Notes: generated from the letters alone by a model not told the origin. DNA of 64,000 nt from an uncultured Alphaproteobacteria bacterium (GCA_902550225.1 CACCYL010000002.1:13539-77538), one strand, 5' to 3'. Positions 49,678-59,478 are shown, counted from the stretch's first letter. Program-made: numbers and translations.

Positions 49678-50145
49678 ATGCTTAGCATCATAAAAATATT
49701 TCTTTTCGCGTCCTTAAATATTCTAGTGCTTTCTGAACTTCAAAGTAAGCCAATTGGTAAAGGTTTATCGTGTTTTTCCAAGGAAGATTCGGTTAATAAT
49801 AATCACGAATCATTTCGAGGATTATATTTTGAATCAGACAATTCAATTAGAGTAGTTAGTTTTAAAAGTAAAAATAAATCTCTTAAAATTATTTCAAAAC
49901 TTACTCCTTATAAAATTTCTGAGAATTTCGTAAAATTTAAAATAAAGTTTATTTGGTACGGTGATATTTCTTTTGAAGAATTTACTTTGAGAAGGAAAGA
50001 CCTTGAACTAAATCATGAAATAAATAATAAAAACAGAGTTTTGAAGTGCAAAATTCTAGATGGTGAATTTATGCCTGAAATGATCGAGTTAAAAAATTTC
50101 TTTCAAGTGAAATTTGATGATGGTTTAAAATCAAATAAAATATAA
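49678..50145 (+). CDS. Secreted hypothetical protein (paralog of 46185)
   Basis: GKGLSC, FESD, RKDL, CK, NKI end. Confidence 0.75.
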   Translation: MLSIIKIFLFASLNILVLSELQSKPIGKGLSCFSKEDSVNNNHESFRGLYFESDNSIRVVSFKSKNKSLKIISKLTPYKISENFVKFKIKFIWYGDISFEEFTLRRKDLELNHEINNKNRVLKCKILDGEFMPEMIELKNFFQVKFDDGLKSNKI

Positions 50146-50175
50146 AAAAAAGCCTGACTTAATTAAGTCAGGCTT
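50143..50175 (-). terminator. Rho-independent terminator downstream of pqqA
   Basis: AAGCCTGACTTA-at-TAAGTCAGGCTT with an A tract on the left (U tract on the minus strand). Confidence 0.85.
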
Positions 50176-50202
50176 ATTAAATACATGAAAATCTCTACTT
50201 AT

Positions 50203-50280
50203 TTACTTTTCAGCGCAAGCGTAAGAGTTGATTTCAAGTCCTACTGAGATTTCAGAAATAGTTGGTTTTGTCCAAGCCAT
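50203..50280 (-). CDS. pqqA: Pyrroloquinoline quinone precursor peptide PqqA
   Basis: MAWTKPTISEISVGLEINSYACAEK with the W-x-x-P leader and ExxxY core; AAGGAG RBS; terminator. Confidence 0.93.
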   Translation of the reverse strand: MAWTKPTISEISVGLEINSYACAEK

Positions 50281-50429
50281 TGTATTCTCCTTTATGTTAA
50301 TATTAATAATTGTAAAAAATATATTATCTAAACCTTAATTAACTCTGATAAGTTTGTTCATAATCCATTAATGTTTAGTGGTCTTAAAATAAGATTTTAT
50401 CGGTATTCTGCCTACAAGAATGAATTAGA

Positions 50430-50463
50430 TAATAAAGAGAATGAAGTTTCATTCTCTTTATTA
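50430..50463. terminator. Perfect 16-bp inverted repeat downstream of the 50471 ORF
   Basis: TAATAAAGAGAATGAA-gt-TTCATTCTCTTTATTA. Confidence 0.6.
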
Positions 50464-50470
50464 CTATAGA

Positions 50471-50713
50471 TTAGTTGTTTAGCAGTGCAAGAGCTCTATC
50501 AAAGATTTCTTCAGCATTATCAAGCTCACCAATTTCTAACTTTTCAGCTCCTTGAGATCTAAGGTTAGAAATCTGTGCAAAAGTTTCTGTGTTAATTGAA
50601 CTTTTGTTAGAAAATAGCTTTGAATCGACTTCAGCCATTTTTTGATAAGGACAAGCCTCAGCGCTTGTTGAAATGATGAAGGCAGCAGCTAAGCATAAAA
50701 TAATTTTTTTCAT
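50471..50713 (-). CDS. Small secreted helical protein
   Basis: Signal peptide ending AEA-CP, AAGGA RBS. Confidence 0.75.
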   Translation of the reverse strand: MKKIILCLAAAFIISTSAEACPYQKMAEVDSKLFSNKSSINTETFAQISNLRSQGAEKLEIGELDNAEEIFDRALALLNN

Positions 50714-50918
50714 TGTTTATCCTTTTGTTAAATATCTAAGATAGTATATTAAATTTTTTTTTCTATTATTATTTTTTTTAAGGTGTATTTTAATATAATC
50801 TTTTATACTGCTAATTGATTTTTTACTCTTTACTCATTAATAATCTGAAAAAAATTTTTTTTTAAAATTCTTTTGTAAATAGGAAAAAAATCTAAAAATT
50901 AAAAAAGGTCTTGGTCTA

Positions 50919-51755
50919 ATGGAATTCACTGGAGGTAAAAATTATATTTCGACAAATGATTTAACTGTTGCTGTAAATGCGTCAATCGCTCTGGAAAAAC
51001 CATTATTGGTTAAAGGGGAACCAGGTACTGGAAAGACTGAGTTAGCAAGACAAATTGCTAGTAGTTTAAAATTACAAATAATTGAATGGAGCATAAAGTC
51101 CACAACAAAGGCACAGCAGGGCTTATATGAGTACGATGCTGTCAGTAGATTAAGAGACAGTCAGCTTGGAGAAGAAATAAAAAATATTTCTAAGTATATA
51201 AAAAAAGGTAAGATATGGGAATCCTTTGAAACAACAAAAAAATCAGTTCTTTTAATTGATGAAATTGATAAAGCTGATATTGAGTTTCCTAATGATTTAC
51301 TTCAAGAATTGGATAAAATGGAGTTTTACATTTACGAAACAGGAGAAGTTGTTAAAGCTAATCATAGACCTATAATAATCATAACATCCAATAATGAAAA
51401 AGAGCTTCCTGAAGCATTTTTAAGGAGATGTTTTTTCCATTATATTCAATTCCCTGAAATTGATACCCTAAGAAAGATAGTTGAAGTTCATTTTCCAGAC
51501 ATAAAAAAATCATTATTAGAAACTGCACTAAAAAAATTTTTTCAGATAAGAGAAGTTCCAGGATTAAAAAAAAAACCATCTACATCAGAAGCTCTTGATT
51601 GGATAAAACTTTTATTAGTAGAGGATTTAGAATCAAAAGATTTGAAATCAGATGGAAAGAACATATTACCAAAGCTTCATGGGGCGTTGCTAAAAAATGA
51701 ACAAGATATTCAACTTTTTGAACAATTAGCGTTTATGTCAAGAAGAGAAGATTAA
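50919..51755 (+). CDS. MoxR family AAA+ ATPase
   Basis: GEPGTGKT, YEYDAVSRL, IDEIDKAD, TSNNEKELP. Confidence 0.95.
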   Translation: MEFTGGKNYISTNDLTVAVNASIALEKPLLVKGEPGTGKTELARQIASSLKLQIIEWSIKSTTKAQQGLYEYDAVSRLRDSQLGEEIKNISKYIKKGKIWESFETTKKSVLLIDEIDKADIEFPNDLLQELDKMEFYIYETGEVVKANHRPIIIITSNNEKELPEAFLRRCFFHYIQFPEIDTLRKIVEVHFPDIKKSLLETALKKFFQIREVPGLKKKPSTSEALDWIKLLLVEDLESKDLKSDGKNILPKLHGALLKNEQDIQLFEQLAFMSRRED

Positions 51756-51759
51756 GTTT

Positions 51760-52956
51760 ATGTTTTTAGATTTTTTCCTCAAATTAAAAAATGCTAAAAT
51801 ACCTGTATCGATAAATGAATTTTTAAATCTTCTCAATGCTTGTAATAATCAAGTAATTTCGTATGACGTAAATGCATTTTATTATTTGGCAAGAACATGT
51901 TTGATAAAAGACGAAAAACTTTTTGATAGGTTTGACTTAGTTTTTGGCGAATATTTCAAGTCAATTGAAAGAATTGAATTAGAAGATGTGATGTCATCTA
52001 TGGATATACCTGATGATTGGATTAAACAAATGTTTAACAGATATTTCACAGAAGACGAAATTAACAGAATCAAGTCTCAAGGTGGTTTTGAAAAACTTTT
52101 AAAAACTTTAAAACAAAGATTAAAAGATCAAAAAAAAAGACATCAGGGTGGAAATAAATGGATTGGAACCTCCGGAACGTCTCCGTTTGGAGCATATGGA
52201 TATAATCCTGAGGGCATAAGAATTGGGCAGGATAAAAGGCGTCATGGAAAAGCAATAAAAGTTTGGGATAAAAGGATTTTTAAAGATTTTGACAATACCA
52301 AGGAATTTAATAATAGAAGTTTTAAAGTAGCTCTAAAGAAACTAAGACAATGGGCTAGAACTGGAATTAACCAGGAGTTAGATATTGAAGAAACAATATC
52401 AGATACGGCAAAAAATGGAATTTTAAATATAAAAACTAAAAAAGAAAGAGAAAATTCGATCAAAGTTTTATTGTTCTTAGATGTTGGTGGTTCCATGGAA
52501 AGTCATATCGAGCAAGTTGAACAACTTTTTTCAGCTGCCAGTAACGTATTTAAAAATCTTCATTATTTTTATTTTCATAACTGCTTATATGAGGGTATTT
52601 GGAAAAACAATAACAGAAGATGGAATGAAAGGTTATCAACATATGATGTCATAAGAACCTATGGAAAAGAATTTAAATGTATCTTTGTTGGAGATGCAAC
52701 TATGAGTCCATACGAAATTGAAATTCCAGGTGGAGGTAATGAACATTTTAATAATGAACCTGGAAGAGTTTGGCTGGAAAGAGCTATTACCCAATGGCCG
52801 TCATATATATGGATAAATCCTGTTATCGAAAAATACTGGCAGTATTCAGAATCTACAATGATAATAAAAGATATCTTTCAGAATCGGATGGTACCATTAA
52901 CATTGGATGGAATTGACAAAGCTACAAGTATCCTCGCGAAACCAAATTATAATTAA
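51760..52956 (+). CDS. VWA (CoxE-like) domain protein
   Basis: GGNKWIGT, DVGGSM, YFHNC, GDA.MSPYE; MoxR partner. Confidence 0.92.
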   Translation: MFLDFFLKLKNAKIPVSINEFLNLLNACNNQVISYDVNAFYYLARTCLIKDEKLFDRFDLVFGEYFKSIERIELEDVMSSMDIPDDWIKQMFNRYFTEDEINRIKSQGGFEKLLKTLKQRLKDQKKRHQGGNKWIGTSGTSPFGAYGYNPEGIRIGQDKRRHGKAIKVWDKRIFKDFDNTKEFNNRSFKVALKKLRQWARTGINQELDIEETISDTAKNGILNIKTKKERENSIKVLLFLDVGGSMESHIEQVEQLFSAASNVFKNLHYFYFHNCLYEGIWKNNNRRWNERLSTYDVIRTYGKEFKCIFVGDATMSPYEIEIPGGGNEHFNNEPGRVWLERAITQWPSYIWINPVIEKYWQYSESTMIIKDIFQNRMVPLTLDGIDKATSILAKPNYN

Positions 52957-52963
52957 GAAATTA

Positions 52964-53158
52964 TTATTTTTTAATTATTAAATTTTTCTTATTTTTAGTT
53001 TCTTGTTTATTCTTTTTTTCCAAATCAAGAGGTTTGACTTTAATTGAGTATGAATTGTTCTCCTTACCGTATTTTGATCTAACTGAATCAAAAAAGTTAT
53101 TATTAGAATAACCTTTAGAAAAAAAAAGGACTAAGATTAGAATTATTAAAATTTTCAT
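52964..53158 (-). CDS. Small hypothetical exported protein
   Basis: Signal-like N-terminus, 64 aa. Confidence 0.45.
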   Translation of the reverse strand: MKILIILILVLFFSKGYSNNNFFDSVRSKYGKENNSYSIKVKPLDLEKKNKQETKNKKNLIIKK

Positions 53159-53237
53159 TGTATTTAATTAATAATTTCACTATTAACTTCAATTAAAATT
53201 TTAATTTTTAATCATGAATAACTGAAAGTTTTATAAA

Positions 53238-53498
53238 ATGAATGAAAAAGTAAATACACTCTTTAAAAAAGTTGATTGTTGGAGATGGTTTGGTTTTTTT
53301 TTAGCAGTAATCGGTGCCTATGTCCTAGGAAATGCAAAAGTATCGTCTCAATCAATTGGTTGGATTATATGCAGTTTTTCATGTCTCATATGGATAGTTA
53401 TGGGCATAAAAGATAAAGATATACCAAGAACTTTAATGGAAATAATGTATTTTGTTATTGGTATAAGAGCAACAATTAATTGGCTCAACTTTACATAA
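53238..53498 (+). CDS. Small three-TM membrane protein
   Basis: Three hydrophobic helices, Trp-rich. Confidence 0.65.
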   Translation: MNEKVNTLFKKVDCWRWFGFFLAVIGAYVLGNAKVSSQSIGWIICSFSCLIWIVMGIKDKDIPRTLMEIMYFVIGIRATINWLNFT

Positions 53499-53605
53499 TT
53501 GACTGTTAACATAAATCCAATAAGTAATTTTAAAAAAGATTTTACTAAATTATTCTCTATAATTTGTGAAGGCAGAGAAAGGAAAATCATGTATAATATT
53601 TTAAT

Positions 53606-53878
53606 ATGAAGAACTGGTGGGTCTATATAATTCAATGCAGGAATAAAAGTTTATATACAGGCATTACAACTGATGTCGAACGACGACTGGATGAACACCA
53701 AAACGATAACAAAAAGGCATCAAAGTATTGTGCAAGACTTCGTCCACTTAAACTAGTTTACAAAAGTTTAGCGTATGAAAGTAAAAGTGATGCATCCAAA
53801 GAAGAATATCGTATTAAACAATTGTGTCATAAAGATAAACTTAAAATTATAAAAAATATTTATGAACGAACTAGCTAA
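53606..53878 (+). CDS. GIY-YIG nuclease (UPF0213-like)
   Basis: WVYIIQC, LYTGITTD, RRLDEH, EYRIK. Confidence 0.9.
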   Translation: MKNWWVYIIQCRNKSLYTGITTDVERRLDEHQNDNKKASKYCARLRPLKLVYKSLAYESKSDASKEEYRIKQLCHKDKLKIIKNIYERTS

Positions 53879-55676
53879 AACTCTTGAAGATATATTTGGA
53901 TTTTCTTCTTTTAGGCCAGGGCAAGAGGAAATTATTAATCATTTAATGCAGAAGAAAAAATTGTTAGCAGTTATGCCCACAGGAGCAGGAAAATCTCTAT
54001 GCTTTCAACTTCCAGCTTTGCTCTTTGAAAATCAGACTATTGTAGTGTCTCCGCTTTTAGCTCTTATGGATGACCAAGTTATTGGCTTGAAGGATTTGGG
54101 TGTTAAGGCTGAACGTGTTCACTCAGGAATGACTGAGTCCAAGAGAGAGCAAGTATGGGAAGAGTTTAAAAATAAAACAATTAAAATTTTATATATCTCG
54201 CCTGAATCATTAATGCGTAATGAAATGATATGCGCATTAAAGCCATTGAATATTAGCATGTTTGTTGTTGATGAAGCTCACTGTATTTCTAAATGGGGGA
54301 ATGATTTTAGACGAGAGTATGAGCTACTAAAAGAACTTCAAAATCATTTTCCTGAAGCAGTTATTTCAGCATTTACTGCAACAGCTGATGAAGAAACACG
54401 CAGTGACATTAATAACAAATTAACTAATGGTGAAGGTAAAATATTTCTTCATGGATTTAATCGTCCTAATCTATCTTTAGCTGTGCAGCAGAAAACTAAC
54501 AATTGGAAAGCTCAGCTACTTGAGTTCTTAGAAAATAGAAAAAATCAATCAGGTATTGTGTATTGTTTGTCTCAAAAACTAACTGAACAATGTTCTGAAT
54601 TTTTGAGATCAGAGGGATTCAATGCCTATCCGTTTCATGCTGGATTAGACAGCCAGGTAAAAATTGATACGCAAGACAAATTTATGACAGAAGACAATGT
54701 TGTAGTTTGTGCAACAATAGCTTTTGGGATGGGAATTGATAAAGCTGATGTTAGATACATCGCTCATATAAGTTTGCCAAGTAGTATGGAAGCTTTTTAT
54801 CAAGAAATTGGCAGAGCCGGGCGAGACGGTATGGAGGCTGATACATTGCTAATTTTTGGTTTACAAGATTTGTTTCAACGTAAACGTTTTATTGATATGA
54901 GCGATGCCCATAATAGCTTTAAAATTAAAGAGCATAAACGATTAGACGCATTGATTACGTATTGTGATTCGGCTACTTGTAGGCGCCAAACACTATTATC
55001 TTATTTTAAAGAAACCTGCGAAATATGCGGTAAGTGTGATAATTGTCTTAATCCACCTCAAATGATTGAAGGAACAGAGTATGCACAAATGGTTTTATCA
55101 GCCATATATCGTACAGGTCAATATTTTGGTTCGGGACATATTGTTGATTTACTGAGAGGGGTTTTAAGCGATAAAGTTAAGGCAAAAGGACACGATAATA
55201 TTAAAACATTTGGAGTAGGGCAAACAGCTACTGCTGATTTTTGGAAAACATTTATTCGTCAGATGGTTTCAGCAAATTACTTGCGTATTAATATTCAGCG
55301 TTATGGTGCATTACAAATTACATCAAAGGGTGAAATGGTTCTTAAAGGAGAGGACGAATATTTTTATCGTAAGATTGAATTTAATCAGCCTATTAAATCA
55401 AAAAGAATTAAACCTGAAACTATTGATACTGAAACACTTGATGATGAAAAAGAATTGTTCTCTGCATTAAAATCTAAACGTTTGGAATTGGCACGAAAAA
55501 GGCGTGTTCCTGCTTATATAATTTTCCCTGATACTACTCTTCATCAAATGGTAATTCACAAACCTCAAACGATCTATGAGATGGGAAAGCTGAATGGAGT
55601 AGGGCCACAAAAGTTAGAGAAATATGGCGAAGCTTTTTTATCTATTATTACAAACGAAAAATATTCTTATGATTAA
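53862..55676 (+). CDS. recQ: DNA helicase RecQ
   Basis: MPTGAGKS, DEAHC, QEIGRAGRDG, Zn-binding RQC and HRDC domains. Confidence 0.96.
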   Translation: MNELAKTLEDIFGFSSFRPGQEEIINHLMQKKKLLAVMPTGAGKSLCFQLPALLFENQTIVVSPLLALMDDQVIGLKDLGVKAERVHSGMTESKREQVWEEFKNKTIKILYISPESLMRNEMICALKPLNISMFVVDEAHCISKWGNDFRREYELLKELQNHFPEAVISAFTATADEETRSDINNKLTNGEGKIFLHGFNRPNLSLAVQQKTNNWKAQLLEFLENRKNQSGIVYCLSQKLTEQCSEFLRSEGFNAYPFHAGLDSQVKIDTQDKFMTEDNVVVCATIAFGMGIDKADVRYIAHISLPSSMEAFYQEIGRAGRDGMEADTLLIFGLQDLFQRKRFIDMSDAHNSFKIKEHKRLDALITYCDSATCRRQTLLSYFKETCEICGKCDNCLNPPQMIEGTEYAQMVLSAIYRTGQYFGSGHIVDLLRGVLSDKVKAKGHDNIKTFGVGQTATADFWKTFIRQMVSANYLRINIQRYGALQITSKGEMVLKGEDEYFYRKIEFNQPIKSKRIKPETIDTETLDDEKELFSALKSKRLELARKRRVPAYIIFPDTTLHQMVIHKPQTIYEMGKLNGVGPQKLEKYGEAFLSIITNEKYSYD

Positions 55677-56316
55677 AATCATTCACATTTTTATAAGTTT
55701 CTTTTTAATTATAAATGTTTCCAAGGCTAAATCTCCTGAGGAAATGATTAAAGAATCTATTGCAAATTATCCAGGAAAATGCCCATGTCCTTATTCAATA
55801 ATGAGTAGCGGTAGGAAATGTGGGAAAAGAAGTGCTTATTCAAAACCCGGTGGTTATGAGCCGTTGTGTTATATTTCAGATATCACAGGTATAAAATATG
55901 ATAGTGTAAATATTCAACAAAAAATAAGAATTATTGATGGAGACACCATCCATATAAATAAAATTAAATATAGACTTCACGGTATTGATGCACCTGAAAT
56001 AAAACAATTATGTAAAATGAAAGAAAAAAATTACAAATGTGGGGTTAAATCAAAGGAATTTTTAGTTTCTCTCATCAGCAAACAGTCAGTAAATTGTAAT
56101 TACAAAGATAAAGATAGATACAAACGAATTGTAGCTGAATGTTTTGTAGGTCAAATCAACCTAAATAAGGAATTAGTAAGAAACGGGTGGGCTCTTGCTT
56201 ACAGAGATTATTCCAAAGACTATGTTATGGATGAAAAATACGCCCAAGAAAACAGCCTAGGTATGTGGAAGGGAACATTTATTCATCCAAAAAAATGGAG
56301 AAAATTTAATAGATGA
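55669..56316 (+). CDS. Thermonuclease (SNase) family protein with an N-terminal Cys-rich module
   Basis: Signal peptide, CPCPY...CGKRSAY...PLCY, then IDGDT, RLHGIDAPE, DRYKR. Confidence 0.9.
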   Translation: MIKIIHIFISFFLIINVSKAKSPEEMIKESIANYPGKCPCPYSIMSSGRKCGKRSAYSKPGGYEPLCYISDITGIKYDSVNIQQKIRIIDGDTIHINKIKYRLHGIDAPEIKQLCKMKEKNYKCGVKSKEFLVSLISKQSVNCNYKDKDRYKRIVAECFVGQINLNKELVRNGWALAYRDYSKDYVMDEKYAQENSLGMWKGTFIHPKKWRKFNR

Positions 56317-56591
56317 AAAATATCAAGGGTACTGAATTTCAAAAAATGGTATGGTCAGAGATAACCAAAATTCCTAAAGGAAAAACAATCACTTATAAAG
56401 GACTCGCGATAAAAATAGGTAAGCCCAAAGCTTATCGTGCCGTTGCTAATGCATGCGCTAAGAATCCATTATTAGAAATAATTCCATGTCACAGAGTCAT
56501 TAGAGAGGACGGAAAAATGGGTGGATATAAAGGAAAAAAAGGAGTAAGAAGAAAAAAAAAACTTCTTAAGAGTGAAGGAGTAAAATTATAA
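56313..56591 (+). CDS. MGMT family (O6-alkylguanine alkyltransferase C-terminal domain)
   Basis: IPKG..TY, RAVANA, NP...IPCHRV. Confidence 0.92.
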   Translation: MKNIKGTEFQKMVWSEITKIPKGKTITYKGLAIKIGKPKAYRAVANACAKNPLLEIIPCHRVIREDGKMGGYKGKKGVRRKKKLLKSEGVKL

Positions 56592-56726
56592 ACTTATTAT
56601 TCTATAGAGATTAAAAATCATTATTTTGAACGTAATTCAAAATAAATATCCGGTAGTGATATTTAGTGTGTTTGAAATTATTTCTTTATTTATGGTATTA
56701 TTCATAAAGTTTGATTTGATAGTAAA

Positions 56727-57521
56727 ATGAACAAATTGAAAAAGTTTAAATTTGGAGAAAATTGGTATAGCTTTTCTAAGCTAATAAACAATAAAAAACT
56801 AAAATATTCTGTTAATTCACTTCAAAAATTGACAGATATGAAAAGTTTCAAAAACATGACGTTTCTTGATATAGGTTGTGGTTCTGGTCTTTCATCTTTA
56901 GCAGCAATTAATTTAAAATGTAAAAGTTTATTTGCAATAGACGATGATCCAAAATCAGTTTTAACAACAAAATTAGTTTTAAAAAAATATAAAAAAAAAG
57001 CTAAAGTAAAAAAATTAAGCGTTTTTGATTTAAATGAAAAAAATAAATTTGATATAGTTTACTCTTGGGGTGTCTTGCATCATACAGGATTTATGATTAA
57101 AGCCATAAAGAAGACCTGTAAAATGGTCGATAATGATGGTTTGCTAATTATTTCTTTGTATAAAAAAACTTATTTGTGTTCCTTTTGGAAAGTTGAAAAA
57201 TTTATTTATAATAAATCTCCAATCCTTATTCAGAGAATTATAAAAAATGCTTTTATATTTTTTATCAAATTTGGTTTATTTTTAACAAAAAGAAATTTTA
57301 ACGATTATGTTAACAATTACGAAAACATGCGAGGTATGAATTTTTATCATGATGTTCATGACTGGCTTGGTGGATATCCTTATGAGTCAATATCAGTAAA
57401 AGAAACGAAGAGTTTGTTAGAGTCATTGAATTTTAAATTAATAAAATGCTTTGAGACGAACAGAACGGTAGGGTTATTCGGAGCTAGTTGTGATGAATAC
57501 GTGTTTAAAAAAAATTACTAA
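56727..57521 (+). CDS. Class I SAM-dependent methyltransferase
   Basis: FKFGENW, FLDIGCGSG, YSWGVLHHT, DWLGGYPYE. Confidence 0.9.
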   Translation: MNKLKKFKFGENWYSFSKLINNKKLKYSVNSLQKLTDMKSFKNMTFLDIGCGSGLSSLAAINLKCKSLFAIDDDPKSVLTTKLVLKKYKKKAKVKKLSVFDLNEKNKFDIVYSWGVLHHTGFMIKAIKKTCKMVDNDGLLIISLYKKTYLCSFWKVEKFIYNKSPILIQRIIKNAFIFFIKFGLFLTKRNFNDYVNNYENMRGMNFYHDVHDWLGGYPYESISVKETKSLLESLNFKLIKCFETNRTVGLFGASCDEYVFKKNY

Positions 57522-57577
57522 TTTCATTTCTTAAAATAACATTTGAAAAAATAATTCATTTTACGTAGTGTTTAATT

Positions 57578-57874
57578 ATGAAAAATTTAATTATAACTTC
57601 ACTTTTATTTCTAGGGCTTACTTCCTGTTCAAGTATCGATAACAAAACAATTGGCAATACGCTAGGTGCAGCTGCAGGTGGAGTGATTGGTGCTCAATTT
57701 GGAGCTGGAACTGGCAAATTATTCATGACAGCTATTGGTGCTGGTGTAGGAGCTTTAGTTGGTGGTGAAATTGCAGATGAATTGTCTGTAGACAAAGTCA
57801 AAAAGAAATGTGAAGAGTTGGGCTTTGAAGAAAAAACTCCAGAGTTTAAAAATTGTCTAAATAAACTTAAATAA
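57578..57874 (+). CDS. Glycine-zipper 2TM lipoprotein
   Basis: LTSC lipobox, GxxxG repeats, C-terminal C..LGF..TPEF..C. Confidence 0.88.
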   Translation: MKNLIITSLLFLGLTSCSSIDNKTIGNTLGAAAGGVIGAQFGAGTGKLFMTAIGAGVGALVGGEIADELSVDKVKKKCEELGFEEKTPEFKNCLNKLK

Positions 57875-58050
57875 GAGCATACTAAAATAATCAAAAATTA
57901 GAGGCTCTTTGATCTTTATGCTAAATGTAGTTAATAGGCAAGGGAAAAGTTTTCTGTTATGCTCCTGTGTCTTTTTTTTGTAAATATTTCATTAGATAAA
58001 TATCTTATCATTGCTTGAGTTTTATAATTTATATTCACATATAAATAAAT

Positions 58051-58674
58051 GTGAAAAAATTCCTTTCATCTCTTGTTATGACAACGCTTATTTCGTCATG
58101 TGCAGTAGAAAAAAAGAAACTTACAGAAAATGTTGGTAAATATGTTCCACCAAATATTGATGATACTAATTTTAAAAATTCAGTAATTACTAATAAAAAT
58201 TTTGACGAAACTTGGACCTCTTTAATTAATTTTGTAAATGATTCTTTTTTTAAAATCGAAAAATTAGAGAAAAACTCTGGATTGTTAACGTTATCATTTG
58301 GTTCAAGAGAACCTGAAAACTTTATAGATTGTGGTGATTTTGAATATACTCTTTTTTTTACTGGTGAAAAATTTAAAGGCTCTTATATTGATTATGCTAA
58401 AAGTGGCTTACTGGCAGTACTTGCAGCAAAAATGTATGTTAATATACGAGAAATTGATAATGAATCTACAAAAATAAGTGTTAACACAAATTATACGTTC
58501 TCAACACAACATGCACTTGGTTATTATGACCCTAAACTAAACCAAACTTATAGTTTTGTATCAGGAGGCTATCAAACAATAAATGTTATCAACCCTATTA
58601 AAGGAAGCATTCCAACACGAACTTGTAAATCAACTAACTTTGCAGAAAATGCAATTTTTAATGTAACTAAGTAA
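58051..58674 (+). CDS. Lipoprotein of unknown function
   Basis: ISSC lipobox, IDCG motif, C-terminal CKST. Confidence 0.75.
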   Translation: MKKFLSSLVMTTLISSCAVEKKKLTENVGKYVPPNIDDTNFKNSVITNKNFDETWTSLINFVNDSFFKIEKLEKNSGLLTLSFGSREPENFIDCGDFEYTLFFTGEKFKGSYIDYAKSGLLAVLAAKMYVNIREIDNESTKISVNTNYTFSTQHALGYYDPKLNQTYSFVSGGYQTINVINPIKGSIPTRTCKSTNFAENAIFNVTK

Positions 58675-58684
58675 GGTTTCTTTG

Positions 58685-58888
58685 CTACTTTTTAAAGAAC
58701 ATTGATATTAAACTTACAACTACACTCACAACGATACAGGTAACTATTGGAAAATAAAAAGAAGAGTTTTCTTTTTTAATAACAATATCACCCGGCAATC
58801 TACCCAGTCCAATGTCCTTTAAAAAGGGAAATAATAACCCTAAAAGAATAAATAAAACTCCTATGATAATAAGTGCCTTTTGTATCAC
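58685..58888 (-). CDS. DUF2905 family protein
   Basis: LGRLPGDI, FYFPIVTC. Confidence 0.9.
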   Translation of the reverse strand: MIQKALIIIGVLFILLGLLFPFLKDIGLGRLPGDIVIKKENSSFYFPIVTCIVVSVVVSLISMFFKK

Positions 58889-59027
58889 AATTTAATCTTA
58901 TAAGATAAATTTAAACAATCAAATATTTATCAATCTTTTACATTTTTTCAATTATTATCAACATTTAAGAGTTCTGAATGAAAACAAAATTGATTCACTA
59001 ATAATCATTTTTAATAGTGAAATATTC

Positions 59028-59276
59028 TTAAACTGAATTATCATCCTTAGGTGATGATGGAAGTTCTTTTTCCCATTTAAATTCTTCAATATATTCTTCC
59101 ATCTCTTGAAAGATATTTTGAATCTCATTGTAACCATCGCCAATTAATCCTATAAACTGAAAGATAGGAATCAAAAACATTATAATGATGTAAATAATTG
59201 CCAAACCAATGGGAATGAATATGAGTTTAAACATATTTCGTTCAAACCATTTAAATATTTTATGGATGTCTTTCAT
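59028..59276 (-). CDS. Small membrane hypothetical protein
   Basis: One long TM segment and an acidic tail. Confidence 0.6.
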   Translation of the reverse strand: MKDIHKIFKWFERNMFKLIFIPIGLAIIYIIIMFLIPIFQFIGLIGDGYNEIQNIFQEMEEYIEEFKWEKELPSSPKDDNSV

Positions 59277-59339
59277 AATATTAACTTGTTCCTAATAGTG
59301 TTGAATTTTAGAATAGTTGCTTGAGGTGAGTAATATAAA

Positions 59340-59358
59340 GTGTAGCCTCAGTGTAGCC
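59340..59358. repeat. GTGTAGCC direct repeat (11-bp period) near the tRNA-Thr 3' end
   Basis: Copies at 59340-59347 and 59351-59358. Confidence 0.5.
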
Positions 59359-59402
59359 CACACCAATAATTTATAAGCAACTTTTCGGAAACCCTTGGTG
59401 AG

Positions 59403-59478
59403 TGGTGCCGCTTGAGAGATTTGAACTCCCGACCCACTGATTACAAATCAGTTGCTCTACCAACTGAGCTAAAGCGGC
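59403..59478 (-). tRNA. tRNA-Thr(UGU)
   Basis: GCCGCTT/AAGCGGC acceptor, ACTGA-TTTGTAA-TCAGT, CCA. Confidence 0.96.

Noticed and set aside
57895-57985. SAM-II/V-like riboswitch (TAAATGTAGTTAA segment)
   Set aside because: The required P1 stem and pseudoknot could not be built, and the downstream gene is unrelated to sulfur metabolism; an Infernal search would settle it
42196-59402. Prophage or integrative element
   Set aside because: No integrase, transposase or phage structural genes, and no duplicated tRNA 3' end found by eye
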